Positions 37,238 to 47,676 of a stretch of 64,000 nt of DNA are shown here, piece by piece (within the stretch, counting starts at the first letter, position 1; every line of letters begins with the position of its first letter). This DNA comes from an uncultured Candidatus Saccharibacteria bacterium (GTDB lineage: Bacteria; Patescibacteriota; Minisyncoccia; Phycocordibacterales; UBA9973), in assembly GCA_964532495.1 (NCBI GenBank), contig CAZHJZ010000001.1, positions 44,644 through 108,643 of the forward strand, read 5' to 3'. A model generated the notes under the pieces. The model was not told the DNA's origin, did no database searches, and saw nothing but the letters and a program-made list of their open reading frames with translations. The position numbers were made by a program, and so were the translations under genes.

Positions 37238-40200
37238 TTATTCTAAAATCTGTTTCAATAAATCTTCAGGAACTTCTTTTGTTTTTTTACCTGCAGGTAT
37301 CTTGGTACCATGCTGAACATCTTCTTTTGTTGCTTCCAATATCTTTTCTTTTTCCAGCCGCTCCGCTTCTTCTTTTTGTTCTATTTCTTGTTCAGCCTTG
37401 ATTCGCGCCTCTTCTTCCCGTTTCTTCGCATTCAGAAGTTCTTGCGCTTCCACTTCCTTACGGCGCAGTTCTTCTTTCAATTCTTCTTCTTGCCGCTTTG
37501 CTTTCAAACGCTCTTCTTCCTGCTTTGCCTGAAGTTCTGCGAGTTCGCGCTTTCTGGCTTCGTCGATTTCCATAAGCCGTTTCTTCTCAGCTTCAACTTC
37601 AGCTAAAGCTTTGATACGGGCTTCTTCTTGTTCAGCCAATCTCTTTTTCTCTGCTTCTACTTCGCGCTCCATTTTTTCTTTCAGTTCCTGAAGCTTTCGC
37701 TCTTCTTCTTTTTGCTTCGCAATAAGAGCTTGCTTCATTTCTTCATCTTTCCGCTGTTTCTCTTCAAGCTCGCGCTTTTCTTGTTCTTGTTTTTGCTTTT
37801 CTTTTTCCAGCCGCTCCGCTTCTTCTTTTTCTTTTTCCGCCTGCAATCGAGCTTCAGATTCAAGTTTCTCTAGAGCGGCCTTTTTTGCGGCATCGGCGTC
37901 GGTGAGCGCATCCTGAGGAGGCAGTATAGTAGAGCCTGTATTCTGAGCTTGCGGCTGCGGTGGAATATTTATCGTGATATGCACATCTGGAGATGGTTGT
38001 GGTGTTTCCGGAGGCTTCGCTTCGCCCATGGCCAAAGAAATGGCATCTTTGAGCATATTTTGGCGTTCTGGCTGAGCTTCTTTAGTAGGAGTTATGAATT
38101 GCGAATTTGTTTTATTCTTAAGGCTATCGAGCGAAAGTCCTGCTTTCTGAGGTTCCGGAGCAGCATTATTTTCTTGAGCCTGTTCTTGTGAAGCAACAGG
38201 ACGTTGGGGCTGAGAACTTCTCATGACACCACCTAAAGCGTCTTTCAACAGACTCTGTAATGCTCCAGTATCAGGCATCTTGCGCTCTTTACGTGCAATA
38301 GGCGCTCGTACTGCCCTCGGTTGCGGCAAAGACACATCAGTTGACGAAGAACCTGTTGTGCGAGATGGTGCGCCAGCAGGCTGCGGTCGAGGAGCTTGCG
38401 GCGGCACATCTCGAATATCCGCTCTAATCATTCCTTGCGGAGGCATAGTCGGATCGGGTCTGCTATTTGAAACGCGCGGAGGCATTGTAGGCGCAGGACG
38501 AGGAGCTTGAGGTGCCATCGGTCGCGGTGATGGAGATGGTGAAGAAACAGCGGCTGGTGTAGACACTGGCTCAGTTGTAGCTCGAGGAGTTGCGGCAGGC
38601 TGAGTAGCTGGTGCTGGGCGAGGAGTGAATGATGAAGGCGTAGGCGTTCCAGGTCGCGGAGTATATGCAGGACGTGGCGTGTATGCGGGTCGATCATTTC
38701 GAGGCGGAGCTGCTGAGCGAGTTTCTTCCTTAAATTCAATACCCAGACTTGCGAGTGCGTTGTATGAAATATTATCCTTTCGTTCTTTTGGCGGACGGAA
38801 TCCAGCTCCCGCTTCTATTTCACCGTTTTTAATCTTGAAGAGACATTCTTTACAGTAAATTGGACGGCCTTCTTCGGGCTCAAAAGGAACATAAATGGAT
38901 TTGCCGCAGTTTGAACATGTCGCTTTGAATTTTCCTTCTGTTTCTTCTCCATCAGGTCGCGTCTGTCCAGGCACGGTAGAACTCCATTTCTGAATTTCAG
39001 CTTCAACTTCGCTTCGTCGGCGGGTAAAGTTATTTCGCGAAGTCTCAATAACACTATTACGAATATCATCAGATGTCTGCACATTTACTGGCGGAAGCGT
39101 TTTAGCGGAAAACGGACGCGAAGTAACACCGTCCACCATGAGCTTGTTATAGATATGATAGTTTGGCAGGTTGACGAAATCTTCAACAGTAAATTCTGGT
39201 TCAAATTCTTTTTCGAGAGCATCGGCATCATCGGCGCCGACACGGAAAATAATCATCGTACCAACGTTACCGAACACGGCGTCTTTCACTGTTTTTGAAT
39301 CAGCAGTTTCGAGCTGTGCGATGTATTGGTGAGCGATGATCAAGCACAAACGGTATTTACGCGCTTCAGAAAGAATTGAAGCAAACGAGTCAGTAACAAA
39401 GTTTTGGAATTCGTCCACATACAAGTAAAAGTCTTCACGCTGGTTTTCAGGAATACGAACACGCTCCATGGCAGAAAGCTGGAGCTTGGTGATCAACATA
39501 CCTCCAAGGAGCGCAGAGTTGTCTTCACCGATACGTCCCTTTGACACGTTCACCAAGAAGATCTTCTTGTTGTTCATGATATCAAAGATGTTGATCGTTG
39601 ATCGTGTTTGTCCAACCACGTTACGCACAATGTTTGACGACAAAAATTGTCCGACTTTGTTTTGAATCGGAGCGATAGCTTCGTTACGGAATTGGTCACG
39701 CCATGCTTCGTATTCGTGCACCCAAAAGGCTTTCACCACTGGGTCTTTCAAATTGTTGATGATGTACTGGCGGTAGTCTTTGTCCACCAACATACGAGGA
39801 ATACCCAACAGCGTTGTGTCGGGCGTATCGAGCAACGCCAAGATGGTGTTGTTCAAGATGTATTCCATTCGAGATGACCAGGCATTGGCCCAGATTTTGG
39901 TGAAGATTCCCATCAAACCGGATGCAACCAAGTGCTTGTATCTTGGATCGTCGAGCTGCAAAACGTTAAATCCGATGTTGTGATCAGTGTCAGCCGGGTT
40001 AAAGTAAATAACATCCCCTGCTCGTTCTGGCGGGATTGTCTCCAATATTTTCTCAACCAGTTCTCCGTGCGGGTCGACAACACAGACACCTTCACCTTGG
40101 TGAATGTTCTGGATGATCATGTTTTCAAGCATTACGGATTTACCGGTACCGGATTTACCGAGCACATACATGTGCTGGCGTCGGTCTTTTCGCTTGATGC

Positions 40201-40273
40201 CGAAAATTTGATCGGTACCTCGGAAGTTCGTCTTCGCGAAGTACGTTATATCTTTGTTGAATGGAAAATCCAT
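37238..40273 (-). CDS. VirD4/TraG/TraD-like (T4CP-like) P-loop ATPase fused to a zinc ribbon, a Pro-rich linker and a long E/K coiled-coil tail
   Basis: Walker A YVLGKSGTGKSV, Walker B FYLYVDEFQNF, and IIAHQYIAQL. A C4 ribbon CSNCGKSIYVPFEPEEGRPIYCKEC follows at about residue 470, then RPAYTPRPAYTPRPGTP... and an ERLEKEK-type coiled coil of about 330 aa. 1011 aa. Confidence 0.65.
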   Translation of the reverse strand: MDFPFNKDITYFAKTNFRGTDQIFGIKRKDRRQHMYVLGKSGTGKSVMLENMIIQNIHQGEGVCVVDPHGELVEKILETIPPERAGDVIYFNPADTDHNIGFNVLQLDDPRYKHLVASGLMGIFTKIWANAWSSRMEYILNNTILALLDTPDTTLLGIPRMLVDKDYRQYIINNLKDPVVKAFWVHEYEAWRDQFRNEAIAPIQNKVGQFLSSNIVRNVVGQTRSTINIFDIMNNKKIFLVNVSKGRIGEDNSALLGGMLITKLQLSAMERVRIPENQREDFYLYVDEFQNFVTDSFASILSEARKYRLCLIIAHQYIAQLETADSKTVKDAVFGNVGTMIIFRVGADDADALEKEFEPEFTVEDFVNLPNYHIYNKLMVDGVTSRPFSAKTLPPVNVQTSDDIRNSVIETSRNNFTRRRSEVEAEIQKWSSTVPGQTRPDGEETEGKFKATCSNCGKSIYVPFEPEEGRPIYCKECLFKIKNGEIEAGAGFRPPKERKDNISYNALASLGIEFKEETRSAAPPRNDRPAYTPRPAYTPRPGTPTPSSFTPRPAPATQPAATPRATTEPVSTPAAVSSPSPSPRPMAPQAPRPAPTMPPRVSNSRPDPTMPPQGMIRADIRDVPPQAPRPQPAGAPSRTTGSSSTDVSLPQPRAVRAPIARKERKMPDTGALQSLLKDALGGVMRSSQPQRPVASQEQAQENNAAPEPQKAGLSLDSLKNKTNSQFITPTKEAQPERQNMLKDAISLAMGEAKPPETPQPSPDVHITINIPPQPQAQNTGSTILPPQDALTDADAAKKAALEKLESEARLQAEKEKEEAERLEKEKQKQEQEKRELEEKQRKDEEMKQALIAKQKEEERKLQELKEKMEREVEAEKKRLAEQEEARIKALAEVEAEKKRLMEIDEARKRELAELQAKQEEERLKAKRQEEELKEELRRKEVEAQELLNAKKREEEARIKAEQEIEQKEEAERLEKEKILEATKEDVQHGTKIPAGKKTKEVPEDLLKQILE

Positions 40274-40415
40274 CTGGTTGGTATTTTAAGCAACAGCCCA
40301 ATAGCGGGCTAAGCTCCCACTAGTATATCAAGTAATAAAAAAATAAACAAAAAATGCTTTGTTTACAAGGTTTGACTAAATAGAACGGTCACGGTACATT
40401 GAAGAAAAACTACGC

Positions 40416-40757
40416 ATGGGACACCACGATAAGCCACTTCATTGGAAAATTCATATACCATACCTTTTATCAAACAGCCCTACGCCTCCGTACGATTCCT
40501 CCAAATTCCCCTTTAGCTACTTTGAGCGGCCAATTAACGCAACATATAAAAGCCTCGTACAAAAAATTGCCACTGTTTTTAGTGAATCTGTTATCCATGG
40601 AATGAAAAGCGGCTCATTTGCGCACTGCATCATTGATGACAAACACATCACGCTTGAAGCTCAAAGCACTGAGTTCATGCCTGTACAAATCGAAAACAAA
40701 GAAAACCTTATCAAAGAAATAGTAGCTCAGGCTAAAACCGCAATAAACATAAAGTAA
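40416..40757 (+). CDS. hypothetical small protein on the opposite strand, between the ATPase gene and the Cys-rich operon
   Basis: 113-aa ORF with a strong intrinsic terminator right after its stop and a TTGACT-N17-TACATT promoter at about 40366..40394. Confidence 0.4.
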   Translation: MGHHDKPLHWKIHIPYLLSNSPTPPYDSSKFPFSYFERPINATYKSLVQKIATVFSESVIHGMKSGSFAHCIIDDKHITLEAQSTEFMPVQIENKENLIKEIVAQAKTAINIK

Positions 40758-40759
40758 CC

Positions 40760-40791
40760 ATCCTCCGGAACCCACCCGGTGGATTTTTTTA
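40760..40791 (+). terminator. rho-independent terminator after 40416..40757 (also abuts the stop of the last Cys-rich gene)
   Basis: ATCCtCCGG-aacccac-CCGGTGGAT followed by TTTTTTT. Confidence 0.6.
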
Positions 40792-42444
40792 TACGAATGC
40801 TTGGTTGTAACAGGTGTCGCAATATAAAATTTCTGGACGGTCAGGAGAGTAAGATGTTTGAATGGGAGTTGAGCAATTGGAGCAGGTACGACTAAACAAC
40901 ATGTTTGGGCCGCGCGCCGCGAAGCGGCGCGCGTGCCTGCAATCAGGACAAAGATGCGGCAACGGGATTTCCAACCGCTTATAAAACGAAAACTCATTCG
41001 GAATGATGCGATAATTCTTGGTGCAAGATTCGCAAGCAAAAATTTCCTTTGCTAAATCACTGTCGGTTTCTCCGATAGCATCAGGCATTTCCGACCACTG
41101 CTTCGTTTCTTTTCCATAAGTACCGCGCGGCGTATCTTCCCACTTAAAACCTTGGGCAAGCGCTTCTTCTTTAGAAAGAGGAAACTGTTCCTGAGTCGCT
41201 GATTCGTTGTATCCAAAACACGAAATCTGAGCTGGGAAAAACTGGCCGTATTCCCCCGTCTCTTTCATTTGCGCAACGATCTCACCCCTCAATTGCTCAT
41301 ATGTTTCTTTATCATACTGCTTATTCAAAATACAATAATCTTTTTTACGTAAACCTGCACAACCAAAAATGTAGTTTGAATTGAAACAATTCATTGCGTA
41401 CTCGGCAAACGTGGAACTCCAAACCTGGGCGCAGCAAACATAGTTGGCAACGTCGATGCCAGCGTTAATTGAATTGTAGATCATGCTGGCATTTCGTCCG
41501 GCAGTAGAAACGTCCATGCAATCCTTGGCATTTCGCCACACATGTTCGGCATAGGAGCAATCCTCTGCATCATAACAGTGAAAACATTCCTTGCAGTTCT
41601 TTGCATGCTTCATGTAGTTGCCTGAAGAATTCATCGTATTTACAATCTCTGCATACTTTCTCGGCTGAGTCAGTAAAAATTCATTGAAAGCAGCACGAAA
41701 GGCCTCCAATCCAGAGGCGGTATCAAGGCGCATCTCCTGCACCTTTGCAAAATAATCTTCCTTCGAATACGCCTGATTAAAAATATAATATTGCTGCTGG
41801 CGTAAATTCACGCACCCCAAACAATCCGAGCAGCCCTTGCAGTCGATCAGAAAGGCGCTTTCGCGGCAATCATGGCAGCCTTTTGAATATTTCAATTTAT
41901 ATGAGTTGTAGCAATCGTCGCATTCGTAACAAAGCTCGCATTTGGAAGCGAACGATGTATCAATAACATCGCGGCATTCCTGGATCCAAAATGAATGAAT
42001 GGAATCTTCATTGTTCGAGCTTTCAATAATGAAGTAGCAATTTTTGTTGTCGGCGGAAATATTAATGTATTCGCTACCAGGACTGCGAACGTAAATCAAA
42101 GCAACCTTTGGTATCACTGTATACAATTCTTCAAACTGCTCCATAAATGGTCGTGAAGGGTCGTATTCCCGCGCATACTCTATGCCATCCCAATCATCAG
42201 CAAACCAACATTCGTAACACCAAACCGTATACGGCTTATTCGGTGAATACATGGAAACAACATCCTTTTTGCATTTGTCGCACGCGCGCTTGTAAAAAAC
42301 ACGCTCGTTGCGAAAACTGAGGCGCAACTGGGCACGGCAGATTGGACAGAGATTGGGAGGAATAACACCTATTTTTTCATAAAATGAAGTGTCATTCTCT
42401 GTCACTGTAAAGCTAGCGGTACATTTGTCGCAGGTTTTTTGCAT
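40789..42444 (-). CDS. cysteine-rich zinc-ribbon protein, array paralog 1 (last gene of the operon)
   Basis: 551 aa. N-terminal ribbon C-x2-C...FYEKIGVIPPNLCPICR, repeated C-x2-C clusters, the YYIFNQAYSKEDY motif, the C-terminal ribbon CESCTKNYRIIPNEFSFYKRLEIPLPHLCPDCRHARR, and the end ...YCDTCYNQAFV. Confidence 0.7.
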   Translation of the reverse strand: MQKTCDKCTASFTVTENDTSFYEKIGVIPPNLCPICRAQLRLSFRNERVFYKRACDKCKKDVVSMYSPNKPYTVWCYECWFADDWDGIEYAREYDPSRPFMEQFEELYTVIPKVALIYVRSPGSEYINISADNKNCYFIIESSNNEDSIHSFWIQECRDVIDTSFASKCELCYECDDCYNSYKLKYSKGCHDCRESAFLIDCKGCSDCLGCVNLRQQQYYIFNQAYSKEDYFAKVQEMRLDTASGLEAFRAAFNEFLLTQPRKYAEIVNTMNSSGNYMKHAKNCKECFHCYDAEDCSYAEHVWRNAKDCMDVSTAGRNASMIYNSINAGIDVANYVCCAQVWSSTFAEYAMNCFNSNYIFGCAGLRKKDYCILNKQYDKETYEQLRGEIVAQMKETGEYGQFFPAQISCFGYNESATQEQFPLSKEEALAQGFKWEDTPRGTYGKETKQWSEMPDAIGETDSDLAKEIFACESCTKNYRIIPNEFSFYKRLEIPLPHLCPDCRHARRFAARGPNMLFSRTCSNCSTPIQTSYSPDRPEILYCDTCYNQAFV

Positions 42445-42453
42445 GTATGAGTA

Positions 42454-44151
42454 TTATACTACTTCTTTTTGATAACAGTCTTCGCAATAAATCGGTCGCG
42501 GCTCCTTGTCGGTAAAGAACGTCTCAAAGGTATTTGCACACCGACTATCATGTCCGTGGGAATCTTGCCCACAATCACACTGACGAGAAACGAGATCATA
42601 CCCACCCCTCATATTTTGGCGCCTCATATGACGACAGAAGAAACATTCAGTTGGAATTGGGACTGCTAATCTTCGATAGAGCAAGAGCTCGTCAGGCAGA
42701 ATGCGGTAATTTCGCCCGCAGCTTTCGCAGGCCAAAATTTCTTTTAGAATTTCATCTGTAACATCATGTATAGAATTTGGAACTTGGTCTTGAGAAATAG
42801 TTTCCTTCCCTTTCGTCTGCTGAATTTCGTCTTGCCATCTATAACCTTGAGCCAATGCGTCTTCTCGATTGAACTGTAATTCCCAATTAGCTCGTGTTTC
42901 ATTTATGCCGAATGGCGAAAGAGAGGACGGGAAAAATTCTCCATACTCTCCACGAATTTTCATATCTTCAATTATTTTCTTTGAGAGTTCCTGATATTCC
43001 TCTTTTGAGTATCGCTTGTTCAAAATAACATACTCTCCTTTTTTTACACTTGTACAGCCAAGAATGTTATTGCATCCATGGCAGTCAAACGAATATGAAG
43101 CGAAGGTATTTTTCCAGCATTCAATTGTAGAGAGGCTTCTCGATGACTGATCTGGCGTAATGCACTCATATGCAAGCTCAGTTTCGCCGCCGACTTCGCA
43201 GTCATAACACATTTTGTATGTCACGCCATTATGTACATATTTTGAATCTTCTGAAAATGAGGCAAACGATGAAGACTTGGTATTTTTGCCGCGAATAATA
43301 TCTGAGCCAGTACACGCGACGCTGCTTTGCAGCTCAGCGAATTTCCGAGGATAGGGCGCAACCCATTCAGTAAATTCCTTTCGTGCTCGTTCATAGCCCG
43401 ATCGTGTATGGAGCTGATATGACTCTAAAATGTGCTGATATTCTTCTTTTGAATATTGCTGATTTTTGAAATAATATTTTTTGTTTCGCAGGCCGCTAGA
43501 CATAAAACAATCTTGCGAGCCGCGACAGTCATAGCAAAGAACACAATTGATGCATGATGTGCACCAATATACGCTTCTGCAGTTAGAAACTCCATTAGCG
43601 GCGACACCATCATACAGATATTGCGATTCCTCGGTAATAATCAATGTATCTGACATGTCTTTTCCCGCTGCGAGCGAAACTGAGTTAAATACATTTTCAA
43701 CTCTCCAAGCAATGAAAACCATAGCGCAGTTTTTTGCAAAAGCCACATCGTTCGTATAGAGACAGTTAATGCTTGCAATATCGTTGTCGTTTACGATTCC
43801 AAGTACTGGAGTCTTATGATTAAGCTCCACTACCTGTTCAATAAAAGAGCGCGTCGGATCATACTCAACGCCATAACTATACGGATCCCAATTATCGCTA
43901 TGAAAACATTTTGGACAAAGCACGGTAAAACCGCTATTCGGCGCATAGATGGAAATAAAATTCTTTTCGCAAAGCGAACACTGGCGCGAATAGAGGTTGA
44001 AATCATTTCTCCACGACAAACGCCGAATACGGCGGCACCGCGGACAAAGCGTCGGAGCTGGAACGTCAATCTTCTCATAAAAGCCTAAATCGTCAGCTTC
44101 GATTACGAAGGCAGTTGAGCAGTTTTTGCATTGTTTGGTTTCTGGGTTCAT
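42454..44151 (-). CDS. cysteine-rich zinc-ribbon protein, array paralog 2
   Basis: 565 aa with the same architecture. The C-terminus is ...YCEDCYQKEVV. There is a 9-nt gap to paralog 1. Confidence 0.7.
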   Translation of the reverse strand: MNPETKQCKNCSTAFVIEADDLGFYEKIDVPAPTLCPRCRRIRRLSWRNDFNLYSRQCSLCEKNFISIYAPNSGFTVLCPKCFHSDNWDPYSYGVEYDPTRSFIEQVVELNHKTPVLGIVNDNDIASINCLYTNDVAFAKNCAMVFIAWRVENVFNSVSLAAGKDMSDTLIITEESQYLYDGVAANGVSNCRSVYWCTSCINCVLCYDCRGSQDCFMSSGLRNKKYYFKNQQYSKEEYQHILESYQLHTRSGYERARKEFTEWVAPYPRKFAELQSSVACTGSDIIRGKNTKSSSFASFSEDSKYVHNGVTYKMCYDCEVGGETELAYECITPDQSSRSLSTIECWKNTFASYSFDCHGCNNILGCTSVKKGEYVILNKRYSKEEYQELSKKIIEDMKIRGEYGEFFPSSLSPFGINETRANWELQFNREDALAQGYRWQDEIQQTKGKETISQDQVPNSIHDVTDEILKEILACESCGRNYRILPDELLLYRRLAVPIPTECFFCRHMRRQNMRGGYDLVSRQCDCGQDSHGHDSRCANTFETFFTDKEPRPIYCEDCYQKEVV

Positions 44152-45906
44152 CTAGTTAGTTTCCTTTTGATAACAACTTTCACAATATACCATTTCTGGC
44201 CGTTCGGGAGCATACGAACTCTTGAACTGATTCGGGCAATCCCCAACATGGTCATGCAATCCTGCAAGATCGGGTCGCGCAGTGTCGGCTGAAGCGCGAC
44301 CCTTTTGACACATGCATTCACGCAGCCAAAGTTGCGGCGGATTAACAAACTTGAACCGATCAGTAAATCGACACATATGGCACTTTCTCGGGAGCGGCAA
44401 CTTCATGTTCTTATAAAATTGAAGCTCAAGTGGAATAATACGATATGCTTTACTACAATCAAGGCATTCAATAACTTCTTTCAATATTGAATCACCTACA
44501 TCTTTACTGTCATCTGGAAGGTCAGAAGCGGTGATTGTAGCCTTATACTCCGCTTGAACTGGCTCTCTCCATACAAAACCCAGCTCTTCTGCCTGGCTGG
44601 GCAGAAGAGGGTAAAAATCCTGAGCCATGCTTTCATTATAAGCATACGGTGAAAGTTCTGCAGGAAAAAATTCTCCGTATGTGTATGCTCTGCCAAGCTT
44701 ATCCATGTATGGCATTTCATTCATATGAGTAATTATCTTCTCGCGCAAAATTTCATATTCTTCCTTTGTATATTGCTTATTGAAAATACAGTATTGTTTT
44801 TTATAAAGGCCGACACAACCAAAACAATTAGTTACTCCATAAGAGAAAGCGCAGTACTCGACATCTCGCACGTCTCCCCAGCAGTTATAAGAAAACTTAA
44901 TATTGTAAGCGCCCAAACCGCATGTGACGCATTCATACATATTGTCGGCACGATCACCCCAAATTGTGTAATCGTATGCATTACTAGCTTTGTACTGCAT
45001 ATCCTGACAATAACGCAAATTCTCGCTTTGGCGGACTGAATACGAATCAGTAACATTCTTTGAGTCAAAGACGCGTTCGCCAGTAGAAGCTACAGTACGA
45101 AGCGTGTGATTATATTTTACTGGAAACTTCAGCCAGAAATCATGCGCTGTTTTTAACACGTCAGTTAGTACTGCATGAGAAGAAAGATTGTATTGTGCAA
45201 CCTTGCGATCATACTCTTCTTTGCTGTATGGCTCATTAAAAAAGTAGTTCGACTTCTTGGTTAAATTCACGCAGCCGAAGCAATTAGTGCAGCCGCGCAA
45301 GCCTTTTGAAAACCAGACATCAACACAGCTATCGCAATCGAGCGAATAGAAAGTGCGATAGCTTTTATCAGTCATGACAATTTCATAGCATAATTCATCT
45401 TCTGTTCCTTCATAGCTATCGAGCGTATCCTTCACATGATTCATCTTGCGCGCGTACGCGCAATTTTCCATATAATCACAGTTAAAACAAAGGTAGCAGT
45501 TTTTTGCTTCGCTTATTTCATTGCAGTACTCAGAATTCACCATGTTATATACAGAACGTGCAGCAAGGGGCGCTCGAGCAAGCAAGTCCTTGAATTGCTT
45601 AAAAAATGGTTTTGAGAAATCATAATCGACACCTGTGGCAAGCTTATCCCATTCATCGCCGTACCAAAATGCATTTTCATATGTGACAACAGAAGCTAGA
45701 GGAGAAAAGCCGGAAAAAATATCAGTTTGAGTATGCGAATCTTTGCGCCTAAAAAGTACTTTCTCGTTACGATATTGGAAGCGCCTAATCATTCGGCACT
45801 CAGGGCATAATGTTGGAGCAGGAACTTTCATTTTTTCATAAAAAGAAAAATCATCAGGCTCGATGTTGAAATCAGTTTTGCAGTTTTGGCAGTTTCTAGT
45901 TTCCAT
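44152..45906 (-). CDS. cysteine-rich zinc-ribbon protein, array paralog 3
   Basis: The ORF track extends to 45999, but the conserved start METRNCQNCKTDF lies at 45906, 5 nt after the paralog-4 stop. The stop of this gene abuts the paralog-2 ATG (TAGATG). Confidence 0.7.
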   Translation of the reverse strand: METRNCQNCKTDFNIEPDDFSFYEKMKVPAPTLCPECRMIRRFQYRNEKVLFRRKDSHTQTDIFSGFSPLASVVTYENAFWYGDEWDKLATGVDYDFSKPFFKQFKDLLARAPLAARSVYNMVNSEYCNEISEAKNCYLCFNCDYMENCAYARKMNHVKDTLDSYEGTEDELCYEIVMTDKSYRTFYSLDCDSCVDVWFSKGLRGCTNCFGCVNLTKKSNYFFNEPYSKEEYDRKVAQYNLSSHAVLTDVLKTAHDFWLKFPVKYNHTLRTVASTGERVFDSKNVTDSYSVRQSENLRYCQDMQYKASNAYDYTIWGDRADNMYECVTCGLGAYNIKFSYNCWGDVRDVEYCAFSYGVTNCFGCVGLYKKQYCIFNKQYTKEEYEILREKIITHMNEMPYMDKLGRAYTYGEFFPAELSPYAYNESMAQDFYPLLPSQAEELGFVWREPVQAEYKATITASDLPDDSKDVGDSILKEVIECLDCSKAYRIIPLELQFYKNMKLPLPRKCHMCRFTDRFKFVNPPQLWLRECMCQKGRASADTARPDLAGLHDHVGDCPNQFKSSYAPERPEMVYCESCYQKETN

Positions 45907-45911
45907 AATTA

Positions 45912-47669
45912 CTATAGTACTTCTTTCTGATAACATCCTTCGCAATAAATCTTCTCCACTCGCTCCGGTGCATAAGTTGTCTGAAACTCGTTCGCGCATG
46001 TGCCCGAGTGATCATGTGACTGAATGTCGCACATACAGGTACGCTGGTAGAGCTTCATCGGATTTCGCTGCTTGAGACGGTTATAGTGGCGACAGTTTGG
46101 ACAATAGACAGGCAATGGCACATTCATTTTATGATATAGATCAAATTCCTCAGACATGATTCGGAAAGCAGTTGTGCATTGTGAAATTTCACTTCCCTTG
46201 TTGCGGCATTCTATGATTTCTTTGGTAATTGAAGCGTCAGCTGTTTTGGAACCATCTGGAATCATTTCATTGGCAATCGAAATAGTGTAATTGCGTTCAT
46301 CCCGATCAAACCAAGTAAACCCTTGAGCCAGCGCGTCCTCTTTTGAAAGCGGAAAATATTCCTGTGCCACAGTTTCGTTATACGCAAACGGTGAAAGATT
46401 GTAAGGGAAAAATTCACCATACGTAAATGTTCTTCCTTTCGCATCGATATATGGCATTTCGTTCATATGAGCAATAATTTTCGGGATCAACGCCTCGTAT
46501 TCCTCTTTTGTATACTGCTTATTCAAAATACAATATTGCTTGCTTCGCAATCCGTGACAGCCAAAGAGATGGGATGAACCATGACAGTTGATCGAATACC
46601 GAACATCAAAACAATGATAGACTACGCCGGTAAAATACAGGTCTTGGGATTGAAGAGCAGAATCAAATGTATCGTACAATCGCTCGCCTTTTATACCTAC
46701 TCCTGGCCCTGAGTCATATGAATCCTTGATATCATATCCGCCCCATACCAAGTATTTGCCGTCTTCGCAGCCGATCGGCGTGCCGACGATATCAAACGAA
46801 TATTTTAGATTCTTCGAGTTCTCGATATTTTCGCCAGTACAATTGACCGACTTATACATATTTGCAAAACGATGAATCTGACTTTCATGGAACTTCTGTG
46901 CCTTTGCTTTGTATTCTTCTATAGTGGAATGAGAAGTGAGATCTATGGTACTTAAAAATTCCAGATACTGTTCGCGAGTATATTGTTCATTGAAAACACA
47001 ATAGCTTTTGCCGCGTAGGTTTGTACAGCCAAAGCAATTCTGACAGTTTACGCATGATTCCAGAAAATATGAATCAGCGCACTGTTTGCAGTTTTTGGAA
47101 TATTGAACTTTAAAATTATTATGCGAGTTTACAAGCTCGTAACAAAGTTCATTATGATTGGCAATGTACATTTCCGCAGATTGTTTGTTTTCCGTCACGC
47201 GGTTGCCGTACATAGTGTCTTCGTTACTATGAGAAGCAGAAAGCATGAAGCCGTTTTTATCCCCTTCGGCCACATTGCAGTACTCGCAGTTAACCATGTT
47301 AGTCACTGAAAGATTAATAAGCGGAATACGCTCATACAATTCTTTGAATTGCTGAAAAAAGGGTTTTGAGAAATCATAGTCCTTTCCATATTCAATCGGA
47401 TCCCATGAGTCGCCCCACCACGTGCGATCATCATAAACAGTATACGCAGTTCCCGGGCGATGAATAGAAACGATCTGTTCGCCCAATTTCCCTGGGGCAT
47501 TATTTTCGCGACTATAGAGCGTCCGCTCATTACGGAACATCATGCGTCGCTGAAATCGGCACATAGGGCAAAATGTCGGCGGCGGAACATTAATCTTGCC
47601 GTAAAAAGCAAAATCTTCCTCTACTATGAGAAATGATTTCTTGCAGTTTTGGCAGTTCCGGGTTTCCAT
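45912..47669 (-). CDS. cysteine-rich zinc-ribbon protein, array paralog 4
   Basis: The ORF track extends to 47795, but the conserved start METRNCQNCKKSF lies at 47669, 7 nt after the paralog-5 stop. Confidence 0.7.
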   Translation of the reverse strand: METRNCQNCKKSFLIVEEDFAFYGKINVPPPTFCPMCRFQRRMMFRNERTLYSRENNAPGKLGEQIVSIHRPGTAYTVYDDRTWWGDSWDPIEYGKDYDFSKPFFQQFKELYERIPLINLSVTNMVNCEYCNVAEGDKNGFMLSASHSNEDTMYGNRVTENKQSAEMYIANHNELCYELVNSHNNFKVQYSKNCKQCADSYFLESCVNCQNCFGCTNLRGKSYCVFNEQYTREQYLEFLSTIDLTSHSTIEEYKAKAQKFHESQIHRFANMYKSVNCTGENIENSKNLKYSFDIVGTPIGCEDGKYLVWGGYDIKDSYDSGPGVGIKGERLYDTFDSALQSQDLYFTGVVYHCFDVRYSINCHGSSHLFGCHGLRSKQYCILNKQYTKEEYEALIPKIIAHMNEMPYIDAKGRTFTYGEFFPYNLSPFAYNETVAQEYFPLSKEDALAQGFTWFDRDERNYTISIANEMIPDGSKTADASITKEIIECRNKGSEISQCTTAFRIMSEEFDLYHKMNVPLPVYCPNCRHYNRLKQRNPMKLYQRTCMCDIQSHDHSGTCANEFQTTYAPERVEKIYCEGCYQKEVL

Positions 47670-47676
47670 AGGGTTA

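Noticed and set aside
37310-37873. Plus-strand ORFs (37310..37606, 37628..37873) rich in F/L/S repeats
   Set aside because: They are antisense to the E/K-rich coiled-coil coding region of 37238..40273. Low-complexity GAA/AAG codons read on the opposite strand give TTC/CTT runs. They are artefacts.
40399-40605. 68-aa plus-strand ORF overlapping 40416..40757 in another frame
   Set aside because: The 113-aa frame ends exactly at a strong intrinsic terminator and has a better start context. I kept the longer ORF.
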